Assembly: GCA_002391545.1 (NCBI GenBank)
Contig: DGFF01000068.1
Location: forward strand, 653 to 54,121
Direction: 5' to 3'
Source of the DNA: Candidatus Fermentithermobacillaceae bacterium UBA3907
GTDB taxonomy: Bacteria; Bacillota; Sulfobacillia; Fermentithermobacillales; Fermentithermobacillaceae
DNA length: 53,469 nucleotides
Part shown: positions 10,922 to 19,418 of the stretch, piece by piece
Numbering within the stretch: the first letter of the stretch is position 1
How the letters are laid out: each line of letters begins with the position of its first letter
Position numbers and translations under genes: made by a program
The notes under the pieces: model-generated
What the model was told of the DNA's origin: nothing
The model's input: only the letters and a program-made list of their open reading frames with translations
The model's database searches: none

Positions 10922-11698
10922 TCAGGTATTCCAAAGGTGTTCGTAGAGGTGAGGTCTAACAAGAAAACCTAGATCTGCACCTTCCTGCCACGATTTGTAC
11001 ATGCTCTTCATACGGTATAAGCCTAACTCAGGGAAATCCCTAGGCTTTTCCAACCTAGGCTTGGGATATTGACTGTACGCATCGTTGGGCATAAATATAC
11101 TACTTCCCTTGTATTCAACATCGTAATAGGCCATTCCTCTTCTGGCTTTTATAGGTTCGTAAACTGACGCAAAGTCTCTTGCGATCCAGTTGGCTATGAT
11201 AAGAGGTTCGTTTCCTGGGTTCACAGTTACGTGAGCGTAGTGAGGCGGGATTAGCAAAATATCACCAGGTTCAAAGTCAGCAACGACAAAATCTTCTACT
11301 TCGCCGCTGATATTGCCACCTTTCTGCATGAGAAAATGGGCTCTTCCGTACAACACTTGATATATTTCAGGATAAGTGTATGAGGTCCCAGGTACCAGAG
11401 GATGATAATGTCCGACTGTCTTCACGTATTCTGAACCTATCTTGCCAGGGTAGATTACGGTTATGTCATATCGTAACCCAGAATTGATCATTGCAATTGC
11501 GTCCTGTTTTAGGCCAGTGCCTCTGTACATGAGATACAAGATCTCAGGCCCATCTTGTTCAGGATACAAAAGCACGTACGTAGCATCTTCTTTTTTTCGC
11601 GCATCAGGGGTTGGAGATAGTACATCTTGGCCGAACTCAAGAAGACCATCGTCATTGAGAAAAACTTCAAATCCTGCATATTCTGAAATGTCTATCAT
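10922..11698 (-). CDS. cupin-type (archaeal-type) glucose-6-phosphate isomerase family protein
   Basis: Cupin metal motifs TVGHYHP...YPEIYQVLYG and IPPHYAHVTVNPGNEP match the GHxH...E.Y and PPxxAHxxxNxG signature of cupin PGIs as I recall them. The N-terminal extension is longer than in the archaeal enzymes. Confidence 0.6.
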   Translation of the reverse strand: MIDISEYAGFEVFLNDDGLLEFGQDVLSPTPDARKKEDATYVLLYPEQDGPEILYLMYRGTGLKQDAIAMINSGLRYDITVIYPGKIGSEYVKTVGHYHPLVPGTSYTYPEIYQVLYGRAHFLMQKGGNISGEVEDFVVADFEPGDILLIPPHYAHVTVNPGNEPLIIANWIARDFASVYEPIKARRGMAYYDVEYKGSSIFMPNDAYSQYPKPRLEKPRDFPELGLYRMKSMYKSWQEGADLGFLVRPHLYEHLWNT

Positions 11699-11720
11699 CT
11701 ACTGTCCTCCTCAAACCCCT

Positions 11721-12278
11721 TTATTTCTTACGTGTGAGCGGTTTGCAAAGTATCTCAAGGATCTGGGTATCGAATACAGTGTTTGAGTGGGAAGGAATCA
11801 GCACAAGAGCTGTATCTGCACCTCCGCCCGAGCCCGCTACAGAAACAATTGGTTCGCCATATGGGATCATTCCTGCGTCTAGGGCCATGACTGCGATCTC
11901 TACAGCTACCTTTGTTCCTTGGGAAAACATGCGGAGGGTATGGGAAATTATCCCACCAGGGTATAGGCCGCCGAATTTGTTGGTCACTGCTCTTTCTACG
12001 TTTCCAAATAGATGAGTAGTAGTTAGAACGTTCACTCCTTGATTAGTAAGGTTTTCACGCATCTCCTGGCTCATTTCGTTGGTTCCTGGTTCGCGAAATC
12101 CTTGCTGATGGGTTACACAGGTTAGATTGACGCCTTTGCCTGTGAAGAACTCAGCGGTATATCCTGTATTAGAGGCAACCACTATGTGTTTTATGCCAAG
12201 CTCTTGCGCACGTTTGAGAGCGATTGACGCAGTTTGCTCTGTGTTGTGCCTGCCAGGCACTTCGAAGTAAACAGTCAT
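11721..12278 (-). CDS. pyruvate-kinase C-terminal (alpha/beta) domain-like protein (AF0103/COG1751-like)
   Basis: VYFEVPGRHNTEQTASIALKRAQELGIKHIVVASNTGYTA, and later GSGGGADTALV. This matches my memory of the stand-alone PK C-terminal-domain-like family. Confidence 0.55.
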   Translation of the reverse strand: MTVYFEVPGRHNTEQTASIALKRAQELGIKHIVVASNTGYTAEFFTGKGVNLTCVTHQQGFREPGTNEMSQEMRENLTNQGVNVLTTTHLFGNVERAVTNKFGGLYPGGIISHTLRMFSQGTKVAVEIAVMALDAGMIPYGEPIVSVAGSGGGADTALVLIPSHSNTVFDTQILEILCKPLTRKK

Positions 12279-12474
12279 ATGTATTCACGCTCCTTAGATG
12301 TTTCCTTTACCTAGTATTAATGATACACAATTAAGCGGTGCAATGGAATGGAGAGGCAGGGTGGGCGCGTCATATGGCGCTTTCTAGAGGAGAACGTGAT
12401 GTTGACCGCAAATCTTTTTAAAAAGGGTTTATTGGCGACTGCGTGAATGTTATCCTATATGCAATGGAAAGGAA

Positions 12475-13302
12475 GTGTACAGTTACTTGTTAGAGCAACT
12501 CGGATTCTTTACTTTGCAAGATGCTGTCTTAGCGGTTATAGACATCGCTCTTGTGGCCTATTTTTTCTACAAAATATACACTCTAATTCGGGGCACCAGG
12601 GCAGTGCAGCTTCTCAAAGGCATTATTGTCTTGCTTATTTTGGTGTCTGTAACCCAATGGGCGAGATTGTACACTGTTAACTGGCTGTTGGTGCAAATTA
12701 GGACCATGCTGATAGTAGCTCTTCCCGTAGTTTTTCAGCCAGAGTTGAGGCGTGCCCTTGAACAAATAGGGCGCGGCAAAATATTTACGCGTGCCTTATT
12801 CAAACCTCCTGGGGAGTCTATAGAACGGACCATCGAAGAAGTGGTAGATGCTTGTTTTGACATGTCTAGGGAAGGAATTGGTGCCCTTATCGTGATTGAG
12901 CGGGAAACTGGTTTGGAAGAATATATGGAGGAAGCGGTTAGACTTGATGCGTTGGTAAGCAAGGAACTATTGAAGAATATATTTACTCCAGGAAGTCCTC
13001 TGCATGATGGTGCCTGCATTATAAGGGGCGACAGAGTTGTGGGAGCTGCGGTGTTTCTGCCGTTTACCCAGAACTCGGTTGCTGTAGAATTGGGCTCTAG
13101 GCACAGGGCTGCAATAGGTATTACCCAGGTCTCTGATGCCATTTCAGTGGTTGTATCTGAGGAGACGGGAATCGTATCCATGGCTGAAAACGGGAGACTG
13201 ATAAGAGGGTTAGATGCCAAAACCCTCAAGGATAAACTTATAGAGGGACTTGAAGCCCAACGTGTCTCTGGTCTTTTTGTCCGGGAGGATAGCCAATCAT
13301 GA
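12475..13302 (+). CDS. cdaA: diadenylate cyclase CdaA (DacA)
   Basis: N-terminal TM helices, then a DAC domain with PGSPLHDGACII and GSRHRAAIGITQVSDAISVVVSEETG. The start could instead be TTG at 12487. Confidence 0.93.
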   Translation: MYSYLLEQLGFFTLQDAVLAVIDIALVAYFFYKIYTLIRGTRAVQLLKGIIVLLILVSVTQWARLYTVNWLLVQIRTMLIVALPVVFQPELRRALEQIGRGKIFTRALFKPPGESIERTIEEVVDACFDMSREGIGALIVIERETGLEEYMEEAVRLDALVSKELLKNIFTPGSPLHDGACIIRGDRVVGAAVFLPFTQNSVAVELGSRHRAAIGITQVSDAISVVVSEETGIVSMAENGRLIRGLDAKTLKDKLIEGLEAQRVSGLFVREDSQS

Positions 13303-14510
13303 AAGCAGCACTTACTCAAGACCTACCTGCAAAGATTATTGCGGTTATACTTGCGTTGATTGTTTGGACGCAGGTTATAAGCGATAAGAATCCTATAGAG
13401 CGACGTACATTTGTTGTGGATGTGGTTCCTACAATGGTAGAGGAAGGCATGATGATCATCTCTACAAAACCTGATAAGGTAAGCGTCACCCTTGAGGGAC
13501 GTGCAAGGACTCTGGATGAAATTGAACCGAACAAGTTGAAAGCGGAAGTGGATCTAAGTGCGGTGGAACCAGGCTCTTTTGTTGCAGACCTCCGCGTGGA
13601 GATTCCGGCCGGAGTTAAAGTGGTTGAGTTAGACCCGTCAAGTGTCACTTTTGAACTAGACATGGTTAGTTCTGCTCAAGTAGAGGTAGTAGTTGAAGTG
13701 CAGGGTAATCCGAGCGAAGATTATGAGAAGGGCATTCCCATGGTATCAGTAGATACGGTAACAGTAAGGGGTGCTAAGAGATATGTGGATAAGGTAAATC
13801 GGGCTTGCGCAAGGGTGGATATAACCGGGGCGTCAACCGAGGTAGTGACGAACGCGAAACTGGTAGCGTTGGATTCGGCAGGTACGGAAGTCACAGGCGT
13901 AGAGATCTACCCTCCTGAAATAGAAGTTATTGTACCGCTTGAGAAACTTCCTCCGGCGAAAGTTGTACCCGTTCAAGTAGTGGTAAACGGTACTCCAAAG
14001 GAGGGTTATACAGTTGGCCCGATAACAACTAATCCTCGAGAGGTCAAGATCAGGGGGGAGCAGAGCGTTATCGATTCCATAAACTGGATAGGCACTAAGC
14101 CGGTAGACGTGACCGGAAAGGATAGCACTTTTCAAAGCACAGTTAGTCTCAACCTCCCTAGAGGAGTAACGTGCCAGACCCAACAAGTGGTGGTAAAGGT
14201 AGAGATAATCGAAGAAATTGAAACAAAAACCTTTGATAATGTAATCGTACAGTTAGAGTCGCCTCCTGTTGGTTACACGTGGAGCATTGAGCCAGCTACT
14301 GTGAGCGTAGTGGTTACAGGTAGGAGCGATATCGTAAGGAAACTTCAAGCACAAGACATAACTGTGTATATAGATGCGCAGGGTAGAAGCGAGGGCACAC
14401 ACGATCTGGTGGTGGCTTACAAAATCCAGGTTCCTGAAGGAGGTTCAGCCGATAAGTTTCAGGTTGATATAAAGCCCCCTAGGGTTAAGTTGACGTTGAC
14501 TGAAAGATGA
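13299..14510 (+). CDS. cdaR: CdaA regulator CdaR (YbbR-domain repeat protein)
   Basis: N-terminal TM anchor followed by repeated beta-rich YbbR-like modules. It overlaps cdaA by 4 nt and precedes glmM, the conserved cdaA-cdaR-glmM operon. Confidence 0.85.
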   Translation: MKAALTQDLPAKIIAVILALIVWTQVISDKNPIERRTFVVDVVPTMVEEGMMIISTKPDKVSVTLEGRARTLDEIEPNKLKAEVDLSAVEPGSFVADLRVEIPAGVKVVELDPSSVTFELDMVSSAQVEVVVEVQGNPSEDYEKGIPMVSVDTVTVRGAKRYVDKVNRACARVDITGASTEVVTNAKLVALDSAGTEVTGVEIYPPEIEVIVPLEKLPPAKVVPVQVVVNGTPKEGYTVGPITTNPREVKIRGEQSVIDSINWIGTKPVDVTGKDSTFQSTVSLNLPRGVTCQTQQVVVKVEIIEEIETKTFDNVIVQLESPPVGYTWSIEPATVSVVVTGRSDIVRKLQAQDITVYIDAQGRSEGTHDLVVAYKIQVPEGGSADKFQVDIKPPRVKLTLTER

Positions 14511-14574
14511 CCTAGCAGATGCAGAGAAGTATGGGACTTAGGTCTCATAAATGATTTAAACTGGAGGTTTTCGG

Positions 14575-15915
14575 ATGAGTTTATTTGGGACTGATGGTAT
14601 TCGGGGCATTGCTAACCAAGAACTTAGTTGTGAAATAGGTTTCAGATTAGGGAGGGTAGCAGGTTCATCTTTACCATCAAAGGGCCCAATAGGCATTGGC
14701 AAGGACACCAGGATTTCTTGTGACATGTTGGAGGCTGCTCTGATAGCGGGAATTACTTCAACAGGAAGGAACGTAGTCCAATTAGGGGTTTTAACTACAC
14801 CAGGCCTTTCATATATAGTGAAGCAATATGAATTAGCAGGTGGAGTAATGATTTCCGCCTCGCATAACCCGTTTCAATACAATGGACTTAAAGTTTTTGG
14901 GAGTGATGGGCTTAAGATCTCAGATCAAACCGAAACTAGTTTTTCTCGCGCCATAGAGGAAGGGATTGACGACGGTCCGTGGCCTATAGGCAAGGAAATC
15001 GGGAGGGTTATCCGAGGTAATCATCTTGTGGAGTCTTACGCTGATTTTTTAAAGGGGTTGCCTACTGAGGACTTGTCGAATCTGAGGGTATTGGTAGATA
15101 CTGCCAACGGTTCGGCGTCTAACATTGCCCGAGATGTGTGGAAAACTATTTGCCCAAATTCCGATTTTATCAATTTTAGTCCTGATGGGGTCAATATAAA
15201 TGCGGGATGTGGTTCTACAGATCCTAATATGCTCAGATCTTACGTGGTAGAAGGCAGTTATGATGTAGGTTTTGCATATGATGGCGATGGAGATCGGTGT
15301 ATCGCCGTTGACGAACAGGGGAACGTAGTAAACGGCGATGGATTAATGGCGATAATAGCCCTGGATATGGCGGCGCAGGGACGTTTGGCAAAAAACACGG
15401 TTGTAGGTACTGTTATGTCCAACTACGGTTTGGAAAGATGCCTTTCTTCTCGCGGTATAAAACTTATTAGAACCTCTGTAGGCGATAAATTTGTCTTCGA
15501 AGAGATGTGTAGGGGTGGCTACAACCTTGGCGGTGAGCAATCTGGGCATATTATTATAAAAGACATTTCAGAAGTGGGAGATGGCTTAGTTACGTCTATA
15601 TGCGTCGCCCAGATCCTTGCTCAATCTGGCAGTAAGTTTTCGGGTCTTGCATCTGTAGTTGAAGAAGTCCCTCAATTACTGGTTAACGTGGAAGTGCCTA
15701 ACCCTGTTGAAATACTGGATTTTCCTGAAGTTAAGCAAGCTGTGGAAAAGGTTTCCTTGGATTTATCTGGGGTAGGAAGAGTGCTGGTAAGGGCATCGGG
15801 GACTGAACCTGTAGTTAGAATAATGGTCGAAGCCGAAGATGAAGACTTGGTTCGCGAGTGCGCAGAATATTTGGAGAAAATTTTGATTAGAGAGAGCGGT
15901 ATGTTGGGACGGTAA
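14575..15915 (+). CDS. glmM: phosphoglucosamine mutase
   Basis: MSLFGTDGIRG N-terminus, phosphoserine loop ISASHNP, metal loop YDGDGDR and GGEQSGH. Confidence 0.96.
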   Translation: MSLFGTDGIRGIANQELSCEIGFRLGRVAGSSLPSKGPIGIGKDTRISCDMLEAALIAGITSTGRNVVQLGVLTTPGLSYIVKQYELAGGVMISASHNPFQYNGLKVFGSDGLKISDQTETSFSRAIEEGIDDGPWPIGKEIGRVIRGNHLVESYADFLKGLPTEDLSNLRVLVDTANGSASNIARDVWKTICPNSDFINFSPDGVNINAGCGSTDPNMLRSYVVEGSYDVGFAYDGDGDRCIAVDEQGNVVNGDGLMAIIALDMAAQGRLAKNTVVGTVMSNYGLERCLSSRGIKLIRTSVGDKFVFEEMCRGGYNLGGEQSGHIIIKDISEVGDGLVTSICVAQILAQSGSKFSGLASVVEEVPQLLVNVEVPNPVEILDFPEVKQAVEKVSLDLSGVGRVLVRASGTEPVVRIMVEAEDEDLVRECAEYLEKILIRESGMLGR

Positions 15916-15929
15916 GGATGGATGAAGGG

Positions 15930-15962
15930 AAAGGGGAGCCAATTGGCTCCCCTTTTGTTTTA
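15930..15962. terminator. bidirectional rho-independent terminator between glmM and the convergent C69 gene
   Basis: Perfect stem AAAGGGGAGCC (15930-15940), loop AATT, GGCTCCCCTTT (15945-15955), then TTGTTTT. The complementary strand has an equivalent run. Confidence 0.85.
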
Positions 15963-17384
15963 CTTGCTCAGTAAAATTTGGAATAATTCTCTCCAAGTTA
16001 CCCAGGCTAAACGCGCCTGTTCCTCTGTGTGGGAAGTTAACGTATCTTTAGCCCGGTCAGGGTCTTCCCTCAGAAGTTTCTCGACTGTCGATTCAATTTC
16101 CAATTGGGATGTCAACCATTTATCTTCGAGGCTGTTTCTGTTTGTTTTGATGAGGTCTATAAACTCCTTGTATGAGGCGTCTGCCAGGTCTTGAACATCT
16201 TGAAATGCCCACCATGCCCGGCCCGGTCTGTAACTAAGGTCGGCAGGAGGCACGTTAAAATGAGTTGCGAATCCTATTTCTGGAGGCAGCCAATTATACC
16301 CAGGGGGTATTTTGCTGATTCCTAAATACCATGGCACGTAAGGACTGGTACATGGGTTTAGTAGAGCGCGCCAAACACAAGTCAGTTCGGTTTGTTCATG
16401 GAATTCAACTATAATGCTTTCTATGGTAGTGCCAGTGCATATGGTTCGTTTCCCGGTCCTGTGAGGGTTTATGAAGTAGCCTTCAGATAGATCATCTTCA
16501 GTTCCTTCATAGTGGGTCCTCAAGATATCCTTAACATCTTGAACTCCTAGTTTCCTTTGGGGCTTTACTGAAAAAGCCCGAACGTCATCAGGCTCTTTAC
16601 CTAAAATCATCCTAAGCGCATTCTTTTGACGCACAATATTGCCATCTTGTTTTTGATTAGGATCTTGGTAGGCTAAGGCAAAATCAAAATCTGTGTAGTC
16701 TCCTGGCACTTTAGGGGTATACCAGCCTCGTTCAATGGCGTACGTTATGATATCGGGAGATGCGATGTAGTTTTCCTTATCGGATAGGTCTACTTCATGG
16801 ATGGTATACCAGTTAGGAATAAACATGACTTCATCGTCAGGTACTCTTTTGGCTACATAGTGCTTTCCTTTTACTACCTGAAGAACCCATCCCTCGTCTT
16901 TATCGACGATTTGATACGCTCTTCCAGATGCGGTGTATCCATATTTTTCTATTAGTTGTGCGGCGATTTCTGTACCTTCCCTTGCTGTTTTAGCTCTTTG
17001 AGCTAGGATATGCCCTAAACCGTAGCCAATGCCACCGTTTGTAAGCTCGGGCATATCTTCTCTAGAGTTGGAGCAGCTGTCACTGGCTATTGCTACACCC
17101 CATTCGTTTATGAAAGTATCACTGAACGGGGCTTTCCAGCTGGCCCTAGTTTCTGACCATAAATAACTCCAGGTTTGTTGTACCTGAGGGATCTTTGCAC
17201 ACTCAGGTTCAAAAGTCAGAAATTCCCCAGGTTTATGTGTTTTACGCGGAACCTTGTATTGAACCATCACATTATTTCCTCGGTCATCTTCATTGTGTCC
17301 AAACAGGACTTTATTAGTGATAGATGCGTTCTTTCCTACTATGATTGCGCTGCAGTCTTCAAGGATGTGTGCGTTTTCAGTCAT
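15960..17384 (-). CDS. peptidase C69 family dipeptidase
   Basis: N-terminal nucleophile region EDCSAIIVGKNASITNKVLFGHNEDD is typical of C69 (PepD-type) dipeptidases. 474 aa. Confidence 0.8.
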   Translation of the reverse strand: MTENAHILEDCSAIIVGKNASITNKVLFGHNEDDRGNNVMVQYKVPRKTHKPGEFLTFEPECAKIPQVQQTWSYLWSETRASWKAPFSDTFINEWGVAIASDSCSNSREDMPELTNGGIGYGLGHILAQRAKTAREGTEIAAQLIEKYGYTASGRAYQIVDKDEGWVLQVVKGKHYVAKRVPDDEVMFIPNWYTIHEVDLSDKENYIASPDIITYAIERGWYTPKVPGDYTDFDFALAYQDPNQKQDGNIVRQKNALRMILGKEPDDVRAFSVKPQRKLGVQDVKDILRTHYEGTEDDLSEGYFINPHRTGKRTICTGTTIESIIVEFHEQTELTCVWRALLNPCTSPYVPWYLGISKIPPGYNWLPPEIGFATHFNVPPADLSYRPGRAWWAFQDVQDLADASYKEFIDLIKTNRNSLEDKWLTSQLEIESTVEKLLREDPDRAKDTLTSHTEEQARLAWVTWRELFQILLSK

Positions 17385-17416
17385 GCTTTTGCTCCTTCCA
17401 GAATTTGTTTCTAACG

Positions 17417-18889
17417 TTATTCTACCTTTGGTATGAGTCTAAGGCCTTGGCGCATTGCCCATACTTGCCCTTTAGGGTCAAACAAGAAGAACAAGTTTAT
17501 ATCTTCTTCATCGCCCAGGACTTCCCTATCTCTTTGGACAGATATGGAGTCGTATCCTGTTGGTGTTGCACAGTATACGGACTCACGGTTTTTGCCATGG
17601 GTGATGTAAAATAGGTTTTTGCCGTCAGACGCAATGGTAATTTCTGTGCCTTCTCCAGACGCGTAACGACCAATGAGTTTTTCCAGATGATAAGAAGGAA
17701 TATCTACTGGGGGCATGCGGAGCTCGTTGTAACTTCTGGGAAGGCCCAGGATTGCATTTACGGCTGCAAAGAAGACTTTGGAGGCAGGAAAATTGCTCAA
17801 GTTGGACAAGACTGCCACTTTTATTTTTCTTTCTGGTATAAACCCGATGTATGAGGCTACACCTACTATATTCCCGCCGTGATGTATGAGTGTTATGCCA
17901 TTTGAGTATTCAGGCTCTGTTTGGAAACCGTACCCGTAGTAACTTCCATCTTCCAGAGAGTAATATGGAGAGGTTATCCTATCTATTGTTCCTGTTTCAC
18001 ATATTCTGTTGCCGTCGCAAAAACCTTTGTTCACATAAAGATCCATGTATCTAAGCAAGTCGTTTATTGATGATTTTAGAGAACCTGACGAAACAAAAGC
18101 TTCCCTATGCTTCCAAGGTGCTTTAACCACATTTCCATGATCATCACGATAATACAATCCTTGGACTTCAAAATTGGACAGGGCGGCTAAGTCGATAAAC
18201 GTGTGATCCATACCCAAAGGATCCAAAATGTTCTTTTTGAGGTATTGCTCGTAAGTGAGACCTGATACCCTTTGGATTACTTCTCCAAGGAGGGAGAAGC
18301 AATCGTTTGAATAACTCAAGTACTGTCCCGGTCTACCAAGGAGTTCAAATTCATAGTTACCTATAAATTGCAACAGGTCTTTGTTGTCTCTTATTACTGG
18401 TTTACCTCCTAGGCTGTCCTCGGGCTTGTTCTTTAGGCAATTGGGATCTTTTAGGTATTCTTCTAGCGTAATGCTAAGCTCATTTACGTAATCGAGGGAC
18501 GGAAGAGGGGGTATTCCTGACGTATGAGTAAGAAACGAATGAATTGTCATTTTGTCTGCCGCCCATGATCTTAGGATAGTAAATTCGGGAAGGTAACGTT
18601 TCACTGGATGTGCAGTAGATAGTTTCTTTTCTTCAGCCAATAGATTGATGCACAGCGCAGTAAAAGATTTGGTCACTGATGCAAGCCCGAACACAGTATC
18701 TGGTGTTATAGGTTGTCTCTTTTCTACATCTGAAACACCGAACCCTTTGAAGTATTCCAAGTTATCGCCGATAGAGATCCCTACGCCAATTCCTGGAACG
18801 CCAGTTTTTTCCTTCAACTCAGAAACATAATCTTCAAACTCGTTGGGATTAAAATTCTTTAGCACTTTATCTCCTCCATACTTACTCAT
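17417..18889 (-). CDS. serine hydrolase, beta-lactamase/DD-peptidase fold (S12 family, D-aminopeptidase/esterase-like)
   Basis: SxxK motif (ASVTKSF), YxN motif (LSYSNDCF) and HGG (LIHHGGNIVG) at the position where KTG is usually found. A C-terminal extra domain is present. Confidence 0.8.
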   Translation of the reverse strand: MSKYGGDKVLKNFNPNEFEDYVSELKEKTGVPGIGVGISIGDNLEYFKGFGVSDVEKRQPITPDTVFGLASVTKSFTALCINLLAEEKKLSTAHPVKRYLPEFTILRSWAADKMTIHSFLTHTSGIPPLPSLDYVNELSITLEEYLKDPNCLKNKPEDSLGGKPVIRDNKDLLQFIGNYEFELLGRPGQYLSYSNDCFSLLGEVIQRVSGLTYEQYLKKNILDPLGMDHTFIDLAALSNFEVQGLYYRDDHGNVVKAPWKHREAFVSSGSLKSSINDLLRYMDLYVNKGFCDGNRICETGTIDRITSPYYSLEDGSYYGYGFQTEPEYSNGITLIHHGGNIVGVASYIGFIPERKIKVAVLSNLSNFPASKVFFAAVNAILGLPRSYNELRMPPVDIPSYHLEKLIGRYASGEGTEITIASDGKNLFYITHGKNRESVYCATPTGYDSISVQRDREVLGDEEDINLFFLFDPKGQVWAMRQGLRLIPKVE

Positions 18890-18920
18890 ACTGCAAACTA
18901 CACCCTGATTGCAATATGAA

Positions 18921-18950
18921 TTGGAAAGTTAAAGGGCTCCCTTGTATGAT
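18921..18950 (+). promoter_or_regulatory. putative promoter of acpS-nnr-mazEF
   Basis: TTGGAA (18921-18926), an 18-nt spacer, then TATGAT (18945-18950) preceded by TG. It lies about 45 nt upstream of the acpS start. Confidence 0.4.
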
Positions 18951-18996
18951 TGTAGAAAAGAGAACTTTAATGCAGGGCCCATTTTTTAAGGAGTTG

Positions 18997-19404
18997 ATGG
19001 TCGTGGATTCCCTAGGTTTTAGAATAGGGTTGGATCTAATATTTCTGTCTCGAGTAGAAGAGTTGTATAACAGGCATTCTACCAACTTCCTCCAAAGATT
19101 TTTCACTGAAGACGAAATAAAATATTGCTTTAAAAGCCCTATTTTTCAAAAACAGATAGAATGTATGGGAGGTTTCATCGCCGCAAAAGAAGCGGTAATG
19201 AAAGTTCTAGGTGAAGGTTGGCCTAGGATACCTTGGACTGACATCGAAGTAATTCACGATGAAAGAAACAGGCCTTTTGTGGCCTTAAAAGGGGAAGGTT
19301 TGCTTCATATGGAACAAAATAATTTCGAGTCGGTACAAATTTCCATTACTCACGACGAATTGATAGCTGCTGCAGTTGCTATTGGAATTCCCGGAAAGTT
19401 TTGA
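18997..19404 (+). CDS. acpS: holo-[acyl-carrier-protein] synthase
   Basis: The homologous part begins at MVVDSLGFRIGLDLIFLSRVEE. The RBS AAGGAG (18988-18993) precedes ATG 18997 and an in-frame GTG at 19003. The 5' extension to 18916 in the ORF track lacks AcpS-like sequence. Confidence 0.85.
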   Translation: MVVDSLGFRIGLDLIFLSRVEELYNRHSTNFLQRFFTEDEIKYCFKSPIFQKQIECMGGFIAAKEAVMKVLGEGWPRIPWTDIEVIHDERNRPFVALKGEGLLHMEQNNFESVQISITHDELIAAAVAIGIPGKF

Positions 19405-19418
19405 GGAGGTCAAAAGCG

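Noticed and set aside
12279-12474. 196-nt divergent intergenic region upstream of cdaA, examined for a riboswitch (e.g. c-di-AMP/ydaO-type) or small RNA.
   Set aside because: I found only short GC palindromes (GCGC...GCGC). There is no extended conserved-looking helical architecture or terminator, and the region most likely just holds two divergent promoters. A covariance-model scan (Rfam) would be needed to exclude an RNA element.
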